From Amoebidium appalachense (taxonomy: Eukaryota > Protista > Ichthyosporea): a stretch of DNA of 64,000 bases. Numbering within the stretch: position 1 is the first letter of the stretch; each line of letters starts with the position of its first letter. The stretch covers positions 1,986,231-2,050,230 of the forward strand of contig CAVNZM010000009.1 of NCBI GenBank assembly GCA_963693365.1. Direction: 5' to 3'. Both the position numbers and the translations under genes were made by a program. Positions 51,580-64,000 of the stretch are shown piece by piece. The notes under the pieces are model-generated. The model made no database searches and was not told where the DNA came from. It saw only the letters and a program-made list of their open reading frames with translations.

Positions 51580-52533
51580 GGGGGGGGTTGTTGAATGCGA
51601 AATAGATGAAGTACACACACACGATGAGAACCATGGTGCAGGACACATGCAAACATTCAATGCAACATCAGCGATGCGCACAGTATGCATCATATGCAGA
51701 GCCCATCCTCAGGGAGGGGGGGGGGGGGGGGGGGGGAGGGGGGGGGGGAGGGGGGGAGGAAGGAGGAGGAGGGAGGGAGGCATATCCTTCAGAAGCGGCT
51801 TTCGTTAGAAGCAATTTGCAGCAACACCGTTGACAATATACCGGCTTTGGTTTTTTATTCGTTTCGCTTGTGTGTGTGTGCGTGTGTGTAGGAGTGGGGG
51901 CGGGGGGTAGAACAGCACATTTTTCGGAAGTCGACGTTGAAATCCCTCCCCCGGGGAGGGGGGGGAGGGGGGCAGGTTAGGATGTGTTAGTTTGGGGGGG
52001 GGGGGGGGGGGGGGGAAGTTTAGAATGTGTTAGTGAGTATGATGTGCACATTCAACACAGGAAAACCCCACCACCCCTGCTCGAGAGTGTCGTGGTTTTC
52101 CCCCTTTCCAAGTTCTAAAGTTACTGACGGGTGCCCTGGGGGGGAGGGGGGGGGGAGGGGGGTGAAGACACCCCTCCCCTTCCCACCAACTTCTTACTTT
52201 CGTTCCGGTTAGGACTTCAACTTTTATTGGAACAACGTCAGGGTGCTCACCAGGTGTGGATGTGTGTCGGTGTTTGTGTGTAACAATGTTTGGTTGTGTG
52301 TATGTGTCAGTGTGTGTATTATGCTTGACAGAATGTGTGTACCACTATCCGATGGCATTTAGGCCTATAAGATAAAGATCTGTTGTTTGTGTGTGAACAG
52401 CGTGTTGTGTGAACACAAAACCTAGAACGTGCACAGTACGAGTGTATGTAGGGTGCGCGTACGGCGACACAGCGTGCATGTGGGTGAGCACTGAGAACGA
52501 GAGAGAGAGGGGGAGAGAGGGAGGTAGAGAGAG

Positions 52534-52583
<50 letters not shown>

Positions 52584-52888
52584 AGGGGAGAGAGAGAGGG
52601 AGAAAGGGGAGGGGAGGGGAGGAGAGGGGGGGGTGGGGGGAGGGGGAGAAGAGGGAGAGGGAGAGAAAGAACAAGAGAGAATGGGGGGTGCCGGGAAGGG
52701 GGGTGGGATGGGGGGGGGGGGGGGGGGGGGGGGGATGAATGTGCTAGAGGGTTGGAAATATGGAGGACACACCAAAAGGACAAACTAAAAAACGTTACAA
52801 AAATGACAAACCCGAAATCATACAATTTAAGCGTGCAGGAAGGAGACACTTGAACAGAGCCAATCATCATTTTTGGGGGGGAGGAAGT

Positions 52889-52932
<44 letters not shown>

Positions 52933-53165
52933 GAGGGAGAGAGAGAGTGTGTGTGTGTGTGTGTGTGTACGTGTGTTTATGGAAGCATTTGAAGATATGT
53001 GCATTTAAACACTTCACTTGCAACCGTTCAAACTTGTGAGTGCATGCCAGCTACCGAGTGTGCTAGGCGTCTGCCTGTGTGTTATAAGCCCTGAACCAAG
53101 CGGCTGTGTGTCTTCCTTGGAGTGTATACGTGTGTGTGTGTGTGTTTGTGTGTGTGTGTGCGCGC

Positions 53166-53231
<66 letters not shown>

Positions 53232-53349
53232 TACGAATGTTCAGAAAGAGGTAAACAAAGCTAAAAGGACTTTCGGGTGCACATAAGTGCTTACACGTGT
53301 GGTGTGTACTACGATGAGTTTGTGTGTGTGTGTCTCTCTCTATGGGTAG

Positions 53350-53394
<45 letters not shown>

Positions 53395-54203
53395 TGTGCG
53401 TGCGTGTGTGCGTGTGTGTTTGTGTGTGTGTGCGTGTGTTTGTGTACGCGTGCATACGTGTGGGTGCGTGTGTGCGCGCTTGTGTGTCACGGCGGGCGTT
53501 CCATGTATCTTCAGGTTGTCAGAGCAGTGAAGGATGGAGAACATGGTGTTGTGATGCGAAATAGGACACGGACACCTACCAGAGCTAACAATGCCGGCGC
53601 TCTTGTAGGAAAAACGTGCAAAAACGCTCTGACATTCTGTATGCTTACAAAAAAGCAGGACGAAGAAAACTATGTAGCTACCCTTGCCTATGTACTAAGT
53701 TGTCGCTTTCAGACACACTAGTTTTGCAGGTAGCAATGGTTGTAGCTTGATCGCCCATTTCTATTTTCTACGCAGCCGGTTTTGGAAAGCAGCTGCCGTT
53801 GTAACAGTAATAAAATTGTGCGTTCGGAACTGTACATATCCCTACTCCCTAGTCACTTTGAGTGCTGTCTCCCTGCCGCCTCCTTTTTTTTTTTTTTTTT
53901 TGGTTTTTGTTGCCGCACACAGTCCCGCAGCGTCGGGCCTAGCCACTTACGTAAGCCAGCGGGTACAAAGTGTATCTTGGAAGTTGGAGACTTCAGTATT
54001 TGCATAGTAGGTACAACCCTATGTAGGCTTGTGTGAGTAGAAAAGAATTTCTAACATTCTTTCGTGTAAACACTGAGTTTAGTTTCGCGTTCCGGCCAGC
54101 TCAACGAAATTCCAGCAAACTGGCACCGACGAACGGCAACGAGGAGCTCGAGGACACTCCGAGTCCGAAAACCCAGTTATTTTGACCCTGGAAGAGAGTT
54201 ATG

Positions 54204-54253
<50 letters not shown>

Positions 54254-54613
54254 GTGCGCGCGCGCGCGTGTGTGTGTGTATTGTGTGTGGGTGTGGGTGG
54301 GTGGTTGGGTGTGTGTACGTGTGGGTTGGCGTATTTTGCGCGTGCGCGTGCGCGTGCGCGCGCGCGTGTGTGTGTGTGTGTGTGCGTGTGTGTGTGTGTG
54401 TGTGTGTTTGCCTAAGTGAGTCAATGATTGAGTGAGGAGAGAGGGGAGAGAGAGAGATCTAGAGGGAGAGGGAGGGAGAGGGAGGGAGGGAGAGAGAGAA
54501 AGAGATAGAGAGAGAGGGAGAGGGAGGGAGGGTGAGAGAGAGCGAGAGAGAGGGAGTATGTGTGTGTGTGTGTGTGTTTGAGAGAGAGGGAGAGAGAAAG
54601 AGAGAGAGAGAGG

Positions 54614-54649
<36 letters not shown>

Positions 54650-54681
54650 GGAGGGAGGGTGTGTGTGTGTGTGTGTGCGTG

Positions 54682-54726
<45 letters not shown>

Positions 54727-55496
54727 GTGTGCGTGCGAGTGTGAGTGAGGAGTAATTGAGAGAGAGAGTGAGAGAGAGAGGTGTGTGATGAGTGAGAAAC
54801 AGCGCCTCGGAGTGAGTGAGTGAGAGAGTGAGTGAGTTATTGTTTGAGTAAGAGTGCGAGTGTGAGTGTGTACGAGTGCGTGTGTGCCTTCGCGGGCGCG
54901 AGAGTATGTGCATTCAAAGATTAGCTGATCCTTGACTAAAAGTATGTCTGTACACGTCTCTCTCCACCGTGTTTATCTGAACCACACCATCTCCTCCGAC
55001 CCTCTCTTCCCCCCTCCCTCCCCCCCCCCCATCCCCCCCCCCCCCACCCCACCCCCATTTGTGTGTGCCTTTTTCTCCCATATGCACGCATGAAATTTCC
55101 TGTCTGGGAGCCAAATCTGTCCTGGTTTGTACTTAAGACAAACACACGGGTGGATCCGACGTCAACATGCAAACGAACATGTGCACAAATAAACATACAG
55201 TCACCACGAAGAGCTTTAATTTGCAACAACAGGATCCGTCATCATGAATCCGTTCTTCCTGCTTGCAAGTGCCCCCTCCCCCCTTCTCCCCCCCTCTCCC
55301 CCCCTCGTGTGTGCTGTACATGGGAATCTGCAAGTGTACATGTGTGCCTGATGGTGGTGCTCCACGTGGTGGTCCTTATCTCCTAATCTCTCGTGTGGGT
55401 GTTTGCGACGGCAGTCATTAAGTTCGGAAATGAAAGAGAGAGAGGGAGAGAGCTAGAGTCGCAGAGAGAGAGAGAGCTCGAGAGGGGGAGGGAGGA

Positions 55497-55527
<31 letters not shown>

Positions 55528-55752
55528 GGAGACTTCAGAACTACCATTCCCACAACCCCAATTTGCGAAACTGAGCACAACAGTCCACCCCCTCCCCTCC
55601 CCTTTCCCACAGAAAAAAACATAAAAAACAAACAGCTAACAAAAAAAAACAACAACACCCATCCACCAACCAAGCCCTCCTTTTCTTCAAACAGCCACCT
55701 GCCTCACATCATGATGCCCGCCCTTGCAAACGCGCATGCACATGCACACATG

Positions 55753-55831
<79 letters not shown>

Positions 55832-56496
55832 CGCGCGCGCGTGCGTGCGTGCCCGCGCAAACAAACAATCAGAAGCGTTACTCAGCCAGGTTGAAAATAG
55901 TATCCTCAAGTATGAAATGCACGCCAAAGTTCTTTTTGGTTATCTTTTTAAAGAAAAAAAAATTATTATTTTTTTTTTTTTTTGGGGGGGGGGGGGATGT
56001 GTTAACAGAGGACGGAGAGCTTAAGGCAGTAGCTGCAAAGCACACACAAAGGGCGCTAGCATGCTTCATAAGCAGAGCATCGAGGGGGGGAGGGGAGGGA
56101 GGGGGTGTAAGATATACCAAGGTAGCACATTGTGTTTTTTATATGCAACCAGTGGCATCTCTATATAACATATATCTGCACAGAGCCTTACGTCGCCACT
56201 ACATGAACAAACTGTATTATCCTGCTCCACGCCACACTAGAGCTACTCGTTTCCCATCCACCTCCTCTGTATAAGCCTGCCAATAAGGCTAGTTATCTTC
56301 ATCCAGTGCATCTTCACCTCTTGGAGTTAATACCTTACTAATATTAATCGTATATCTACCCCCCCCCCCCCCCCCATCTGGACACACCGGTTGTTCATTG
56401 TTGAAATTCGTGTACAACACACACCATTTCCCTTCTCCCCCCTGGCACACACACGTGCCACACACGCCACAACTACGCAGACCACCATCCAGTCGA

Positions 56497-60248
<3,752 letters not shown>

Positions 60249-61052
60249 ATACATTATCATTATTCAGCTCCGCGACTTAGACCATATCATGAGAACAATG
60301 TTTGTTTGAGTTTCCCTGAGTGTTTTTGTCTGTAAACAAGAGAAGCGACATATACACATGATTATAAGCCAATCAGTAAGGAAATGCTTATCAGCATGGA
60401 TCATATCATTACAGCTCGTCTATAATGAGCCATGCCTGCACATGAGAAAAACGAAGTGATGCAATGTTGGTTTTTTTTTTGGAATAATCATTTTTTTTTT
60501 CATACTTTACTACATAAGACCAGGTGGACCAGGATGTGTGCCTGGTAGAGTGGTACTGCATCACAAAGTTTACACAAGTGGCACCAGTGCCACAGACTGG
60601 CAACAGACAGTGCTGTCTGTGAACGACCAATCCGGTACCATCATTCTACAGTCCACATCATTCTATAGAGGGGTGCCAAACATTTGTTGCAGGTACCGGC
60701 TTTTACAGCAACTTCTACTAACCGGGCCTCTCCGTATGAAATAGACATCCATATAGCATCGATTCTCATACGTCGAATCCGTGATATGCAATTGAACTAT
60801 AAACCGTAAAACCGTTAGATTTTTTAAAGCAGTAGGCTCATTTCTGAACTGCAACCTGAATTTATAGGCTCATACACAATATCAACGTATACAAGACCAG
60901 CAACGCAGCAAGACCTTGTTTTGCACCTCTCTTTGACTTTCAAAAAAGGTAATAATACTCTGGCGAGGATTCGACGTAGGATGATTCGAAGTTCTTTGGC
61001 GCCGGCCCCGGCCCAGGTCCGGATTGACGGAGAGGGGGGACGAGGGAGGGAG

Positions 61053-61121
<69 letters not shown>

Positions 61122-61793
61122 TAATATACGCGTGGGGCATGGCACCCTGTTGCTATGCCGCTTGTGTATGTGCACTGGACAGAGTGTAGAGGAGGCAGGC
61201 GAATGCGCATTCTAATGGGCCTGGTCAAATGCGCATGTGCAGGAGGTACTCTCGAAAACGAGCCCGAAGGCCCAAAAAACAGTGTGCGCTTGCCTTGTAC
61301 ATGTTTTTTTAACGTGTGTGGGTGTGTGTTATCGCGTTTTTTTGTTTTTCTTTCGTTGAAAGGTGTAGTTCTGATTTGGGGTTTCTTTCAAGTTATCGCT
61401 TGTCTGTATTGATTTACATTATGGCATAACGTGGGTTAGCTTTTGGAAATTTTGAAGAGCACACAAGCGCACACACACGCATACGCACACGCATAGGCAC
61501 ACACATACTGAACCGTTTCCTTCCCCCCTCTCCCTCCCCCCCTCCCCCCCCCTCGCCCCCTCCTCCCCCCCAACCTCCCCCCCCCCCCCCCCCCCCCCCC
61601 CCTTCCCCCATAGAGGCACGTTTCTTTGAAGTTCTTGGGAAACAAGAAACACGACAAATGGCCGTGTTGGGTGTGGAAAGTGGATTAAGAATATTCGTGT
61701 GTGTTTCCAGTTTCTGTAGCCGCAAGACATGGCATAAGCATTTTTTTTTTTTTTTGGTGGGTGGGTGGGTAGGGGTTGGGGTTGGGGGGGTTG

Positions 61794-61850
<57 letters not shown>

Positions 61851-63252
61851 GGGGGGGGGGGCCGGGGGGGAGGGGGAGAGGGGGGGAGGGGGGAGGGGGG
61901 GGGGGGAGGGGGGGGGGAGAATATATGCGTGTGCGCGAGCGGTGGCCGTGCACTGCATGACACCCTGTTGCTATGCCACCTGTAAGCTGCTGCCTAAGCG
62001 TGGGCAGACCATGCATGCACATGGCAATAAACAAGCATGCTCAGGTGAAATCTCAAATACATTGATCGGTGGAGGCACATAAGATTCCTATGCTTCATGA
62101 CTCCTTGTCTTTTTTTCAATGCTTTGTTAACTTTTAGAAGCTCAGCCTGTGTTAAAATTGGCGTTGTGGACTTTGTGGATAGAGGTTCGGGTTGTTTGGG
62201 CTTTTAGGCCAATTTATGGGCTTTTTCGGGTCAGGCCTATTTGGTGCGCATCTCGCCAATCATAAAGCGCAAATCTCTTTTGGGTCTGACTTGACTTTGT
62301 TGAGCACCCTACAATATGCCATTACCCCTAGGGGATTAGTGGCACGGAGTATTGCGCAGCGACTATTCACAGTACTGGCTTAGACTACTGTCTACCGGGA
62401 TCTGGATATCGTCGATACAAGCCGACGTACAAGGCACACACATGCACAGATCATTTGAAAACTCCGGGAACAGAGCAAACTAGGAAGGGGAAAAAAAGAA
62501 AGGGAAAAAAAAAAAAAGAGGTTGTTTTTTATTCCTTTTTTGGGTGCCAAAACAAAGAAGAAAAACCTATTGATCAATGAACTTAACATATAAACATTAG
62601 GACTTTTTATTCCTGTTGTGGGTGCAAAAACGAAGAAGCAAAACTCAGGCCCTGGGAAAGTCAACTATAATTGACTTACATCAACGACCATTAAGGTCAC
62701 TTTTTATTCAAGTTTCATAGGTGTTGGAAGGAGGGAAGGAGGGGGAGCCGCGGACGATGAGCATTACAAGGGCTCCTTCTTTTGGAGGACAGTCGGATTA
62801 GAAATTCAGAATAGGGTCGGTAGTATTCTTGTGAAGGCGCAGAGGCGGGGTCTCCGGAGGGGAAGGAGGGACCACGGGTAGGGGGGGAGGGGGGGGGGGG
62901 GGGGGAGGAGGGGGTGGGGTGGGGTGGGGTGGGTGGGGGGGGGGGGGGGGACTTCATTTACTTAAACTTTTTTCTTTTGGGTGTTATCCAGCACCGGTGC
63001 ATGTATGTTGGTGGATACCGTATCCAAAAAGAGACCTACATACTACTTTCTAGACCTCGAGCCCGTCGTATTCCTATTTCTTTTTTCGTTGTTTTATCTA
63101 TAAGAAATTGCAGATATGGCAGAGCGATCGGGCTAAATATATTACAAAAGGACTATGGGGTCTTGTCAGTAATTCTCGAAGATTTCAAAAAGCTAAGGGG
63201 GTATAGTTACCAAGGGGAGGAGGGGAGTGTGCCGTCACAAGCACAGGAGGCC

Positions 63253-63370
<118 letters not shown>

Positions 63371-63373
63371 ATG

Positions 63374-63440
<67 letters not shown>

Positions 63441-63696
63441 ATCGGATGAGGTGGAAAGGAGGGGGTGGGGGGGAATGGGTTGGGGGGGGGGAGGGGGGGA
63501 CAGGATGAATAGGTATCGAAGCCACATGTATAACTTGAAGTGCAATCATTGCAATGTGAGGCTAGACCGGGCATGACGTGGAAGCTTGCCAATGGAGGGG
63601 AACAGATGAGTTAGGCGCTAACCGATCATATTGTTTACGATGCCCCAATGGTCGATAAGAAGGGAAGCCCGACCCGTGGGCCGTGGGTGGCCCCCC

Positions 63697-63730
<34 letters not shown>

Positions 63731-64000
63731 ACCGTCCCCCCTGGTCAGGCGAAGGAGGGGCCGGTGGGTGGGTGGGCGGCGGCGGGGCGGGGGGGGGGGG
63801 GGGGGGGGGGGGGGAGGGGGGGGCAGACACAACATAAAAATCTTGTCAAACTTCTTTACCATGGACTGCCACGTTTCTCAAGAGGACTTCACACAAGAGA
63901 TGGCGATACTACCTGGTCACTATCACGGTAACCGTTATTAATAGGCAAACCTGGTACTGTATCACATTTCAAATAGCTCTAGCTAATCAGGAACGTATGC

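Overview
Eukaryotic genomic DNA with GT-AG introns that are packed with (CA)n/(GT)n/(GA)n microsatellites and poly-G/poly-C runs. It looks like a unicellular opisthokont or protist, but that is inference. Most entries in the ORF track are translations of these repeats. Spliced genes reconstructed by hand: the last two exons of an AGC/PKA-like kinase, U2 snRNP A' (SNRPA1, 7 exons), a DHRS12-like SDR (11 exons), a partial CBM20-domain gene, a coiled-coil-BTB-WD40 protein (4 exons) and cathepsin C (3 exons). Intronless ORFs: a head-to-head pair of paralogous secreted Cys-rich proteins and an orphan acidic protein. Mobile elements: a solo LTR in the 5' UTR of one paralog, a TRIM-like miniature LTR element with TG...TA ends, a Kolobok-like MITE, and two near-identical copies of a non-LTR retroelement. 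The retroelement is the most unusual feature. Its poly(A) is internal and is followed by a conserved ~195-nt tail that a TSD places inside the element. Both copies lie 235-350 bp upstream of a host start codon, in the same orientation as that gene. Several introns also have GT-rich 5' ends and (CA)n running up to the acceptor AG.
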